This document shows positions 40,177 through 50,049 of a stretch of DNA of 64,000 nucleotides, piece by piece. Made by a program: the position numbers and the translations under genes. The notes below the pieces were generated by a model that saw nothing but the letters and a program-made list of their open reading frames with translations, was not told the origin of the DNA and ran no database searches. Source of the DNA: Candidatus Bathyarchaeota archaeon (GTDB lineage: Archaea > Thermoproteota > Bathyarchaeia > Bathyarchaeales > Bathycorpusculaceae); contig OY969706.1 of NCBI GenBank assembly GCA_963702095.1, positions 192,001 to 256,000 on the forward strand. Reading direction: 5' to 3'. How positions within the stretch are numbered: position 1 is the stretch's first letter; each line of letters starts with the position of its first letter.

Positions 40177-41136
40177 CTAAGAGACGTAGCTTTTGCCTCC
40201 ATTTTCCGACGTCTTAGACGCTTCTTGGGTATTGCCTTCTAAACTTCCCACGAGCCTTCCTAAAGCATCAGCAACCTTAGCCAAGTCACCGCCCAAATTC
40301 TCCAACTTTGCAAGACTAACAGAAATCCTCTCTAAATCACTCAGGGCAGTTTCCACTTGGCCTTCCAGTTTCTTGACCCGTTCAGGCATAAGCAAATACT
40401 CTACTGCAGCGTCACGGCCAAGATGATCCAACTCGCCTTCATCCTCTCCTAGGCTATCGTCAATCAACCGCTTTGGCGTGCTTACCTCAAAATAGCGATT
40501 TAACAGATTAGCCACTGGGTCATCAATACCTAATTCATGGCGCCTGTTAATCTCTCCCTGACCCAAAACACAACCATACTTGCTCATTAAACCCTGAGCC
40601 ACCTTGTCAGCCAAATTCTTAGCCAAAGTCACCAGCTCCCCGGGACTACGACCGTAAAAAGTCTCAACATGAACAATCCACGATGTCGTCGTATGCCTAA
40701 CTTTCACACCCTGCTCTAAACCCAAAAGTGCGGTCCAATTTTGCATCTCAATCCGCCTAAAATCTCCCATTGGATAAACTCCCTCCCGTAAAACTGGATA
40801 CTTGAAAAAACAACGGTGCAAGCGGAAGACGCCGCTGCTGAAGAGGACTCCCTCACAGGATATGAGAAAGTTTTGACCTCGCTCTGTAAGCTCAAAATCA
40901 ACAAAGTTACTGCGCTTCAAACGGCGAATTAACCCTGCCTTTTCCAGCTTTTTAACGTAGTAAGCAACATGCTGGCGCTTCCATCCACGGACACGCCCAA
41001 TCTTGGCAGGATACATTTTGACTTCGATGCCTTTGAGTATTGGTATGACGCGGGAGCGAACCGTATTGAAGTCAAATTTGACTTTTGACTTTGAAAGCGA
41101 AATATTTTGACTTCTACCTTCAGAGGATTTAACCAA
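40177..41136 (-). CDS. wHTH-containing protein, possible replication initiator of the element
   Basis: YYVKKLEKAGLI...ELTERG wHTH; RLH..FFKYP; IDDSLG..GELD; C-terminal coiled coil. Confidence 0.55.
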   Translation of the reverse strand: MVKSSEGRSQNISLSKSKVKFDFNTVRSRVIPILKGIEVKMYPAKIGRVRGWKRQHVAYYVKKLEKAGLIRRLKRSNFVDFELTERGQNFLISCEGVLFSSGVFRLHRCFFKYPVLREGVYPMGDFRRIEMQNWTALLGLEQGVKVRHTTTSWIVHVETFYGRSPGELVTLAKNLADKVAQGLMSKYGCVLGQGEINRRHELGIDDPVANLLNRYFEVSTPKRLIDDSLGEDEGELDHLGRDAAVEYLLMPERVKKLEGQVETALSDLERISVSLAKLENLGGDLAKVADALGRLVGSLEGNTQEASKTSENGGKSYVS

Positions 41137-41148
41137 AACGTCAGCTCC

Positions 41149-41472
41149 CTAACGGAAAAGTTCTAGCCTGATTGTGCCGCCGCCCTCAGTGAGCTTTTCA
41201 CGCAACGGCAAACCAACTTTGAGAATGCCTTTGAGGATTACTTCTTTGCTGGCGCCAAATCTCTTGTTTATCTTTTCAAGGATGGCGTCTTGTTGCTGGG
41301 CGGTCAGTTCCTTCCAGTCTACGAGGAACACTTTTTCAATTCCATCGACGCCTTCCAAGTTTGCAGGTTGAGGAATAATGCTCTGTATGGGTACATCGCC
41401 GTCTAGAAAAATGTCGCCCAAAACGGTTTTGCCTTCAGAGTTTAAGCATGCCCATGTCCGGTATTTCCTCAA
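41149..41472 (-). CDS. Hypothetical protein (element core operon)
   Basis: Overlaps upstream gene by 4 nt; GGGGG SD-like sequence. Confidence 0.65.
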   Translation of the reverse strand: MRKYRTWACLNSEGKTVLGDIFLDGDVPIQSIIPQPANLEGVDGIEKVFLVDWKELTAQQQDAILEKINKRFGASKEVILKGILKVGLPLREKLTEGGGTIRLELFR

Positions 41473-41690
41473 ACATGAGCCCCCTGAACCTGACTGTTTT
41501 GCTTTTTTCCTCGAAATTTGGAGCAGGCTTCACTTGACGCGATTTTGTTAACCGACATCTTAGTATGCGCCAAAGTGGGCTCGACACAGCGTCCACACCA
41601 GAAAACGCAATCCATGCAAAAGAGAACGTGGGCAGAAAGCGGAGTCAAGTTTATGCCTCCCGTTTCCAGTAGCAACCGTTGCCTTTGCAA
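41469..41690 (-). CDS. Small Cys-rich protein
   Basis: CMDCVFWCGRC...CSKF; GGGGG SD for the next gene at its 3' end. Confidence 0.5.
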   Translation of the reverse strand: MQRQRLLLETGGINLTPLSAHVLFCMDCVFWCGRCVEPTLAHTKMSVNKIASSEACSKFRGKKQNSQVQGAHV

Positions 41691-41750
41691 GCGCTTTGCG
41701 GTTCATCGGGGCATGGTTTACCTGGATAGCCACAGAAAAGTTGCCCCATT

Positions 41751-41948
41751 TTACATCACCACCTCCTGCGCCTTCGGTAGATACTGCACCAAAACAGGCA
41801 CCGTGTTCTCTACGCCTCGGAAAACCTTCATGCAATTATGCGAGTTAACCTCAACCGTGCCAATATGGAGCTCTCCGCGATACATGTAAACGTAAAGCTG
41901 GCCATCGTTGCCACGGCGGTAGGTTACATTTAGCGTCTGGTCTTTCAT
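41751..41948 (-). CDS. Hypothetical protein
   Basis: AGGAGG SD; ends EVVM overlapping a GGAGGTG SD. Confidence 0.6.
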   Translation of the reverse strand: MKDQTLNVTYRRGNDGQLYVYMYRGELHIGTVEVNSHNCMKVFRGVENTVPVLVQYLPKAQEVVM

Positions 41949-41992
41949 TCAGACGCCTCCTTGAAAAAGAAAAAAAGAGAGCGGTCGAATCA

Positions 41993-42202
41993 CTAATGTT
42001 CTGAGAACCGAGTACCGCAGTCTCTGCACAAGTATCGTTGAACGTTTCCTTGTGGCGTTTTCCTCATGCCGTCTTTCCAGTTTCGTTGGCTGCCGCACGA
42101 GGCGTATTTGACCTTCTTTCGAGGAATGCCAGTGAATAGATCGTCTGGCAATACCTTGCCACAGTGCGGGCATTTGACTATTTTTCGATTCATGTTTTTC
42201 AT
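41993..42202 (-). CDS. Small zinc-ribbon protein similar to the integrase N-terminal domain
   Basis: CPHC; WKDG...VQRYLCRDCGTRFS versus WRDG...IQRWICRDCGMRFS in int. Confidence 0.65.
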   Translation of the reverse strand: MKNMNRKIVKCPHCGKVLPDDLFTGIPRKKVKYASCGSQRNWKDGMRKTPQGNVQRYLCRDCGTRFSEH

Positions 42203-42322
42203 CTCCCGCCAAACTTGCGACGACTTGACATTGGAGACCTCTAAAAAAGAAAAAAGGGAGAGAAGCTGCGGAGAAACTGAGCTGGAAATTGGACGCCGAT
42301 GGTGATACAAGGGCGATTTTTC

Positions 42323-42388
42323 GGGTCCGAATCCCACCCCCTGCACTTTTATAAGTAAAACTACAGGGGGTTTGTCCTGGCGATGTTA
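42323..42388 (+). repeat. attR of the tRNA-Leu element with extended imperfect repeat of 21135-21200
   Basis: 19-bp exact core plus AAACTACAGGGGGTTTGT(T/C)CTGGCGATGTTA. Confidence 0.9.
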
Positions 42389-42526
42389 TGCTCGAGTCTC
42401 AAAATCAGAATACAAAGTGCACTCAGAACATGCACATTTTACGCTTAATTCCTTCACAATCTCCGCTTGCGAGAAGCCCAATCCTTCGAGCTTTAGCAAT
42501 CCCGGCCTCCGCTCAACCGTATCCAA
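42386..42526 (-). pseudogene. Truncated HTH gene (LKLEGLGFSQAEIVKELS...TLYSDFETRA)
   Basis: GGGGTG SD plus TTG; HTH pattern; ends exactly at the edge of the att repeat. Confidence 0.5.
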
Positions 42527-43023
42527 GCTAAAGCACCCCCATGAAATTGCAGAAAAACTTCAAACCTGAGCTACGCTGAGCCAATAGCTTGAATTTTTTT
42601 CTTGTTCTTTTTTAGCCAATAGTTAAGCGCCTTTCCACTTTCTCGTAAAGACAACAATAGAGAGCCCGCTCTCAAGACACCACAAAACGAGACAACGATA
42701 ACTAAATAATTAGTGAATAGAAATAAAATTTTCGCTTGGTTCTATGGGTTTGCTGAGTCTCTGGATACATGATTTTAGTTAAGCTAAAAAACAAACGAAA
42801 ACCTCGTCAAACCTTCCTTTAATAAAAAAGGTGGTATGCGGGCGACATCTCCAAGCTCAGAGGGTTCAAATCCCATCTTTGAGCCTTAATAATTAACCAG
42901 TACTTATACTTCTAACTAGATGTAACCATAACTTTATTTTGATAATATATTGATAAGCAAATTAGCTATAATTACTACTTGACATTTATTAGTGGTACTG
43001 GCATGTATAATTTGTGTTTATTA

Positions 43024-43325
43024 TGGCAACACCCGAAGTAGGTAAAAATAGAAAAATTGTGGCAAAAGTAACCCCTGTAAAAGAAATACCTGAAGGCAGA
43101 AAAAGAACTAAAGTCCCCGAGTATGATGAAGTGTTTAAACAGATTGCCGATAGCCCAGATAAAATGTTTAAAGTTGAGGTTGAAGGCAAAACCGTGAGGT
43201 CAATGTACGCTCCATTTACATTCCGGATAAAATTATACAATAAGAATCCTGACAGAAAGTTCAACCTAGCAATTAGAATACGCAATAAAGAAGTCTATGT
43301 AGTAAAATTGGATAGAAAAGAATAA
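43024..43325 (+). CDS. Basic hypothetical protein, possibly DNA-binding
   Basis: ATG start; Lys/Arg-rich; coupled to the next ORF. Confidence 0.6.
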
Positions 43326-43327
43326 AG

Positions 43328-43645
43328 GTGAAGGACTTGAAAGATAGAAATGAAGCTGTGTGGGGACAGGTAGAAAAAATTGGTAAAGGCACAAAAGCGA
43401 ACTATGATTCTGTTAGGAAGACCATTACATTCTGCTTCAATAGAAGTGCTGAGACATCCAGCGATATTTTGAGAAATTCTCGACAACAACTCATTGAAGA
43501 ATTAAAAGAACGAGGTTTTGCAAGCCGCATGAAACCTAATGGTGAAATAGTCGTAGATAATATTGCAAAGGAAGATGTGGTTCTTGAAAAGAAAAATCAC
43601 AAACTTATAATACGGTTGAACAGGAAACAAACTGGAGAAAAATAA
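43328..43645 (+). CDS. Hypothetical protein
   Basis: 2 bp after upstream stop; protein-like composition. Confidence 0.55.
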   Translation: MKDLKDRNEAVWGQVEKIGKGTKANYDSVRKTITFCFNRSAETSSDILRNSRQQLIEELKERGFASRMKPNGEIVVDNIAKEDVVLEKKNHKLIIRLNRKQTGEK

Positions 43646-44229
43646 CCAAAAAAAGGATGCAAAAAAAACTAAATATTCTTTGTCGGTATCGACAGCTAAG
43701 TCATAGACCAAACTAGACTACGACCAAGGCATTTAAGAAGAAATAAGTCTCTCTGAAATAAAGAGGGTAATAAGGATAAAGGGTCTTCTGGAGTATCGTT
43801 TCCTTTCGGACCTATTACAAAATAAAAATGATTTCTAAAAAAAGAGAAAGTGTAGGTTAAGACTGTGGGAAAAAAATAGGTGCCAGATCATATTAAAAAG
43901 AAAGAGGGTTTTTGGGGAGATTTGCCCCCTCAACTTTATAGAAGCCAAAGTGCTAAAAACAAGCGAGCCTATTTGAAAAAAGAGATAAGCGGGATATGTC
44001 TCCTCGGTTTTGAGGGTTCGAGGCAATAAAAGTGCATAGGATGTTTTTACTACCTCCTAACAAGACGGTGAATCGTGTCAAGAAAAACCGCTGTACTTCA
44101 GAAGTAGTCTACTAAAGCAGCTGGGTTAGACCCAGAAAAGATATTAACTAAGATGCATTTGTTAAAAATGGAGTCTCCTTAAAAAAGGCGAATTTCTCAT
44201 AGAAACGATTTGCAATAGGAATGTTAAAC

Positions 44230-44394
44230 ATGAAGGATTTTAAGTGTTCAGTTTGTGGAAAAAATACTGAGAAAATATGGGAAAATAAGGAGAAAACAAA
44301 ATACGGTATGAAATGCACCAGAGGACATAATAACAAAGATGGAAAAACAGAGTATCCCACGTTTATTGTTCCAGCTGAGGAGTTGGAACCATGA
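44230..44394 (+). CDS. Small zinc-finger protein (54 aa, not in ORF track)
   Basis: MKDFKCSVCGK...MKCTRGH; AGGA upstream. Confidence 0.6.
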   Translation: MKDFKCSVCGKNTEKIWENKEKTKYGMKCTRGHNNKDGKTEYPTFIVPAEELEP

Positions 44395-44569
44395 GTCACG
44401 TAGTAACAGAATCTTTCGATGGTTCTGTACGTCTTCTTCTTACTTGAGCAAGTTTCTCTCCAGGTGGAAAATCGTCACGTAACCCTTATTTTGTTATAGC
44501 GGTTACAGGTTGGGCTTTTTAAAACAAGTTTTTGACTTTTCCTTCGATGATATTTCGCATAGTGATGAG

Positions 44570-44862
44570 GAAAAAGAGGGGTTGCGGGTGATATCTCCTC
44601 GGCTGATGGGGGTCGAAGCCACCCCCCACAAGAGGGCGATGCTCAATTTTATATGCCAGTTACGCAACTGGAGGATCGGTAATCACTATGCAAACTGCTC
44701 CCTTAAAGTCTAAACGGGGTAGGGAATCGTACTTGAAGTCAGATGCCCACCCCCCGCTCTAGCAACGAGTTAAAGCTGTTTCTTTCGATAAAAAAGGGAA
44801 ATGCTTGTGATATCTCCACTTAGATTATGCAACTTTAATGGCTAAGTCTTCCGTTATGCCGA
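44570..44862 (-). ncRNA. Candidate structured non-coding RNA (~290 nt)
   Basis: GC-rich multi-hairpin block in AT-rich DNA; TTATATAC upstream on - strand; TCTTTTT at 3' end. Confidence 0.4.
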
Positions 44863-45012
44863 GATTTGCGCGTTTAATCACATATGTATATAAGATACTA
44901 TGCACATAACATGTTATGCTCATAAGCACTAAAATACAAATAGAACATAACACAATAACAGAATTAACTTCTGAAGAAGAAAATACCAAAATAAACAAAG
45001 TGGCGATAAATT

Positions 45013-45147
45013 CTGGGTCGAATTAGCGTAGATATTTCAGACGAACTAGAAAAACAACTAAGATTGAAAACCGTTGAGCGATTTGGCGGGAAAAAAGGCG
45101 ACCTGTCCCGCGCGGTTGAAGACGCAGTAAAAAAATGGGTATCTTAA
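45013..45147 (+). CDS. Small RHH-like protein (CTG start)
   Basis: GRISVDISDELEKQLRLKTVERFGGKKGDLSRAVEDAVKKW; paralog at 60364-60505. Confidence 0.65.
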   Translation: MGRISVDISDELEKQLRLKTVERFGGKKGDLSRAVEDAVKKWVS

Positions 45148-46211
45148 AACAATAATGCATCTAAGAATTCAATTTACAACGTTTTTGTGCTCTTTCAAAG
45201 AGAAAGGAATTAGGGGAAGCCGACTAGCCTCAACGCATGGCTAAGATTGCGTAAGGAACTAAGTAGTCGTGGTCCCCCCGGTTTAGAAGAGCAGAGTATG
45301 GTAATCCTAACATTATTTGAGATGAGATATGTGATTAATAAAAAGTTGGAACTTGTCTTCCTCGATAAAGACGGTAAGTTTTACCCGCTAGACGAGGTTG
45401 ACAGCGCCGAGTTAGCAAAGGGACTTGAAAGTATCTCTAAAGAAATTGCATCAAGACTTAGGTTGCAGAAAGAACAAAGATAGGTTAATGTTAATGCTTA
45501 ATAGAAAAAAAATGGGCGCTATCAGTCAACCGATTAAAGCTCAAAAACAGATACTGCTAAAACCCAAGATTGATAATCAAAGGCTAACTACTGGGACAAG
45601 TTTTATTGCAAACGCGATATACGCGTTGCATGTTGTTCGAAAAATTCCATTTATAGATTATATGATTCTAAAGACAAACTATTTAGAAAATCGAGAGTCT
45701 TATCATCAAAAAATGAATCATGCATTTGCTAGCCGAACAGGCAACACATCCATTGAAGCGTTTGATAACCTGTTTAGTGCTGTAGAATTTAATGATACTT
45801 CGACACTTTGGGAAAGAAAAGCAAGTCTTGCCAAAAGCATTAACGATAACAAGATAGATGTTATGGGCGCTCTGATAGGCGCAATTTCCTCTTACATTAG
45901 CTCTATTGGAGTTTTCATCCCAATGGTACTCACATTCTACGAGATTGGCATGAAAGCATTCTTTGATTTCTTTTCTTAGGTTTCTTGGGATTTCTTTTGT
46001 TTGGAATCTATGAAGGTTACTTTAGCCAATGTAGACTCAAAAGATTGGTGCAGGAGCACAAGGATTACAGCAGTGAATTGATGAGATTACCCTTCTTCTT
46101 GAAAGAAAGAAAGATTTGAGAATTCGATAAACCGCTCTAATTTTAAAGAAATTTCTATGGAACAAGAAAGTCTACGGAGTATGAACAATTGGAAACAATT
46201 GAAATGTAGAA

Positions 46212-46545
46212 ATGATTGAAACACAGGAAGAAAGCGAAAAAGACGATGAAATTATCTTCAAGCTGCTTGTGAACGGAAAAACTTTCTTGGGCTAAGAGCA
46301 CACTCTACAGCAGTTTGGACGATATACACAATGTTTGCCGAGAAAAATATAAAGGATATGGCCGCGAATTGCTATCGTTCATGGAGAAAAACGCCAAGAA
46401 CCACGGTGCAACTTCAATGACTACCTGTGATTTTGACTCTTGTAATGATGAAGCGGCTAGTTTCTTCAAGAATATGTGTTATGATATTAATCCCTCTCTA
46501 AGGGGGTTAAACGGTTACTTAAAAGGACGAAAACTGTTCAAATAA
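46212..46545 (+). pseudogene. GNAT acetyltransferase, frameshifted near 46280
   Basis: YKGYGRELLSFME...AASFFKNM GNAT motifs; upstream ATG frame differs. Confidence 0.6.
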
Positions 46546-46803
46546 GCTATCAGGAACATTCTGGCTAGGTCTTAGACTATTCGTGGAGTTTTTTGGCAGA
46601 AAAGCCTGATTTTATAGTCTCTATTTCCTGTGTTTTCTCGGGGTGGGGATTTAGGGGTTAAAGAGGATGGATTTATTGATTGTAACCCTCTTTGAGCACT
46701 TAGAAACAGTTGTGTTAACAGATTGGCTATCTGTGTTTGAAGCTTTTTCTTGAATACAAAGGGATTACAACAAAAATGAAATAGAAACGCGGCTAACCCG
46801 GCG

Positions 46804-47034
46804 CTATGGGGCACCAAACCATTTTTTGAACCATATGATTGCTTCTTTATCGCCGTCAGCATAAAAGAAGCTGCCGTATTCATTTATTTGAGGAAAATCT
46901 GTTTTTGCCTCGTATATAACCTTATTGAAAAGTTTCTCCACTTCTATTACGTTTTGTTTTCCTGAATCAATTATTTTAGATCCAAGTATTTCCCACATTT
47001 TGTCAAAGAGTTTGCCTTGCTGTTTTTCACTCAT
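46804..47034 (-). CDS. Hypothetical protein
   Basis: GGTGA SD plus ATG. Confidence 0.55.
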   Translation of the reverse strand: MSEKQQGKLFDKMWEILGSKIIDSGKQNVIEVEKLFNKVIYEAKTDFPQINEYGSFFYADGDKEAIIWFKKWFGAP

Positions 47035-47443
47035 TCAAGTCACCTTAGGCTGATTTATTCTCTGCTTTGCCAGAATAAGGACTTTTACTTATGCTCGGTA
47101 CAATTCGTCTTGATACCCCGACGCACGATAGCACGATACCACTTTTCTATTTTATTTCTGCTTCCGCTGTATTGCCTCCAACCCGATTAATCTTTATTTT
47201 CACTGGACCTTGGAGCTTGGCATCGGCAACATATATTACTGTTTATAGACAGACAACGTAGTGGTTGTTATTTTTTCAGCGGCAAGCTCGAAAAGAGCTT
47301 TTGAAGAACCGAAGCTTTCATTTTGAATGTTGGTGGTAAGTAACATTAAGTAATATCGGCACACTTTAGAGTATACATAAGGAAAATCGCCATCCAAAAA
47401 AGTTAACGTTGGCAGCGTCCTTTTCAGATTTGAGGGGAATAAC

Positions 47444-47932
47444 TTGACAAAAACTGATGATCTTTTATTTGAGCTCAACAGATCAGTCGCCGATTATATG
47501 AGGCGTATTCATCCGTTCAATTATAAGAACAAACCATTCTGTTTAATCGACAATTACGTCGCATTACCCAACATTATGTGTGATGTATGCGGAGATTATC
47601 CCGAACTGGAGATTTCAATCATTGAGAGCGCGGACGGCCACACACTACACGCAGGAGATGACTGTATTGATCGTTTGACTGGGCAGAATGTTTCAGAGTG
47701 GATGAAGAATTTTAGGAAAAAACGAGAAAACATAATTTCAAACAGAAAATACATTGACCAACTAACATTGCTTTTCGAGGCGTATGATAGAAAGGAGCCC
47801 TCAGTTCAGATACCTGAGGAGGATGCTAAAAAGCTCAGAGCAATGTTAAATCAATTGAGCAACGGCCTAAACCTCACTGCAAAACAGCAGCAACTGGCAG
47901 ATGCATATCTAATCGTAACAGTCACAGCATAA
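47444..47932 (+). CDS. Hypothetical protein with CxxC..HxxxxC metal-binding motif
   Basis: CDVCG...HAGDDC; GAGGGG SD. Confidence 0.7.
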   Translation: MTKTDDLLFELNRSVADYMRRIHPFNYKNKPFCLIDNYVALPNIMCDVCGDYPELEISIIESADGHTLHAGDDCIDRLTGQNVSEWMKNFRKKRENIISNRKYIDQLTLLFEAYDRKEPSVQIPEEDAKKLRAMLNQLSNGLNLTAKQQQLADAYLIVTVTA

Positions 47933-47942
47933 ACTTTGGCCT

Positions 47943-48971
47943 TTAGATGCTGACGTGAAATGCCCAATGCATGTATGCACTAATATCACGTGAAAGCACT
48001 AACGAAGGTTCAACGTAGCAGTGCAGACTACATTTTTGGCAGTTTTCGATTTTTTTCCAATCAAATCCTGAAACGGCGCCCTTAATGCCGCCTTCAAAGA
48101 TAGAAGTGCTGCTTGCGTAATCGTTGTGGACATAGCAGGGCAAAACAACCTTCCCGTTTGGGTCGATGTTTATCATGGTCCAGGGTTTGCATTGCCAGTT
48201 TTTCTCGTTAGCCATCACTTTGAGGTAACCGATTGAGTTGGCAAGGGGGTAGCCTTCCCTTTTCATTTCAATAAGTCTATGCGCTATTTTTGGTATTCTG
48301 CCATTGGCAGGTGCCGACGTGTTAGCGTTGCAGTATTCGTGGGCGACGGCTACGGATATTTTTGTGCCCAACTCTTTGGCTAGCGTCACCAAGCTTTCTA
48401 TATCATCAACGTTTTCAGCCATTACGGTGGTGTTAATGGTTACGGGAACTTTTTCTTTTGCCGCATTTATGCCGTCTACCGCTTTTCTAAAGCTTCCAGC
48501 CACGCCTCTTATGGCGTCGTGGGTTTTCTCCAGCCCATCTAACGAAACGTAAATGACGCCGTTAATGTAGGGAGCTATCTCGTCTATTCGGGATTCAAGC
48601 AGTGTACCGTTAGTTATCAGGCTTGTATGCAGGGGCAACGATCGGGAAAAAGCAAGAATCTCCACCAAATCCTTCCTAAGAAGCGGTTCACCACCCTCAA
48701 ATGCAACTCCGCAAGCGCCCGAATTGTAAATTTGCCTCAGAATTGTTTTTTCCTGCTCTAAACTCGAATCTCGGCTGCGCCGTCTCCAAAAGGGGCACAT
48801 CTTGCATTTTAGATTACAGTTGTAGGTTAGCTTGTGCCCGCAGAAAAAAGGAACCCTAACACCTAACAAATTTGAGACTAACCCATTATAAATCCTGAAG
48901 CCCATCCGCACGTTGTCCAAGAGATGGGGGGAATTTTTTTCCAAAGAAAAGTCATTAGAAACCTGTTTCAT
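47943..48971 (-). CDS. Radical SAM protein with C-terminal Cys cluster (resembles the archaeal PTO1314 family)
   Basis: CNLKCKMC, EGGEP, TNG, SLDG, CQKCSLHC. Confidence 0.88.
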   Translation of the reverse strand: MKQVSNDFSLEKNSPHLLDNVRMGFRIYNGLVSNLLGVRVPFFCGHKLTYNCNLKCKMCPFWRRRSRDSSLEQEKTILRQIYNSGACGVAFEGGEPLLRKDLVEILAFSRSLPLHTSLITNGTLLESRIDEIAPYINGVIYVSLDGLEKTHDAIRGVAGSFRKAVDGINAAKEKVPVTINTTVMAENVDDIESLVTLAKELGTKISVAVAHEYCNANTSAPANGRIPKIAHRLIEMKREGYPLANSIGYLKVMANEKNWQCKPWTMINIDPNGKVVLPCYVHNDYASSTSIFEGGIKGAVSGFDWKKIENCQKCSLHCYVEPSLVLSRDISAYMHWAFHVSI

Positions 48972-49183
48972 GCTTGAGACCCGATGAAGTTTGAAATCGA
49001 TAAAACGAGTGTTGTTTTTCAGTAAAGTTAGTCTTGCGTTTCCTTTAAACCTAACGTTCTCTCGCAACTTATAGCCTTCCATTTTAGTGCTTACACGAAC
49101 CCATCGCAATCAAACAATCCCACGTTTCTTTATATGACGCTTTTCTTTTTTTGAATATTTTAAACAAAAAAATAGATTATGGT

Positions 49184-49342
49184 TTATTTCCACAGCTTTT
49201 TTCCAGTCAGCAGCCAAATGACTACAAAGATTACGGCAATCACGAGCAGTATATGTATCAATGCGCCTACGCCTGGCAAAGCAAAGAACCCAATCAGCCA
49301 AAGTATCACAACAATGATTGCAATCGTCAACCAGGTATTCAT
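49184..49342 (-). CDS. lmo0937/DUF5670-like small membrane protein (not in ORF track)
   Basis: MNTWLTIAIIVVILWLIGFFALPGVGALIHILLVIAVI. Confidence 0.8.
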   Translation of the reverse strand: MNTWLTIAIIVVILWLIGFFALPGVGALIHILLVIAVIFVVIWLLTGKKLWK

Positions 49343-49356
49343 AGCAAACGCTCCAA

Positions 49357-49647
49357 CTAAGCCTCAACTACTGGTCTTAGGTACATGTGAAGCTGATCTT
49401 TTGATACTTTTAAGTGTAGACCCTTCTCTGTCCAGCGTGCAACCCCTTTTTCTAAGGCTGAAACGGCTAACATGTTTCGTACTCCACCTTTCTTTGCGCC
49501 AAGTACTGATTCAGCTATGCTCTTTTCTAATTCAATTTCAAGATGAGTAATCTTCCACTCTTCAGGATCAATTTCTATTTCTTTTACTTTGCCGATTTTC
49601 TCGTCTAACGCAAAAACATCTTTATCCATAAATTCTTTACTTTTCAT
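49357..49647 (-). CDS. PRC-barrel protein
   Basis: DVF..DEKIGKVKEIEIDPEEWKI; GGAGGG SD. Confidence 0.85.
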   Translation of the reverse strand: MKSKEFMDKDVFALDEKIGKVKEIEIDPEEWKITHLEIELEKSIAESVLGAKKGGVRNMLAVSALEKGVARWTEKGLHLKVSKDQLHMYLRPVVEA

Positions 49648-49720
49648 ACTATTTACCCCTCCTCGGTATACCCCTGATTTGAGATGTCATAAACATGGTC
49701 ATTGGCAGAGTTAAGCGCTT

Positions 49721-49742
49721 GTGACTGCGAGCCCACACCGAC
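49721..49742 (-). promoter_or_regulatory. Regulon palindrome 1 (PRC-barrel promoter)
   Basis: GTCGGTG-N8-CAGTCAC then 6 nt to TTAACT. Confidence 0.75.
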
Positions 49743-50049
49743 AGACTGACCGTTGAGCCTTAGAAAGAATTTGAAACTTGAAAACAAATAAAAAATGAAT
49801 TCTCAGGTTAGTCTTCAGCTTTTTCAATCAGGCTCAAAAACTTGTTGTCAGAGGTTGGTTTTTCTCATAAAACGCTTCAATCTTCATCTCAAAAGATTGC
49901 CAAGTGATGATGTTTTAATTTGGGAGAAAACTGCTTCTAAACAGCTCGGAAGGCTATTTCGACTAATATCGTGTTCCCCGGGATGTGGACCAAAAAGCGC
50001 ACGGCTGCACACAGTTCTGGCTAAATAAAAAAAGAAAGAAAAGTTAGGT

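Larger units (their letters stand above)
21135..42346. mobile_element. ~21-kb integrative element at the 3' end of tRNA-Leu
   Basis: GGGT(T/C)CGAATCCCACCCCCTGCAC at 21135-21158 and 42323-42346; adjacent integrase; accessory cargo. Confidence 0.88.

Noticed and set aside
44570-44862. RNase P RNA, SRP RNA or tmRNA identity for the structured block
   Set aside because: Lacks the GAGGAAAGTCC P4 signature, the SRP helix-8 motif and tRNA-like termini
45247-45979. ORFs 45247-45483 and 45425-45979
   Set aside because: Possibly real or decayed genes, but starts are ambiguous and no family motif is recognisable
48972-49109. Extended start of the radical SAM ORF
   Set aside because: Low-complexity intergenic-like sequence; ATG 48971 or later is more plausible
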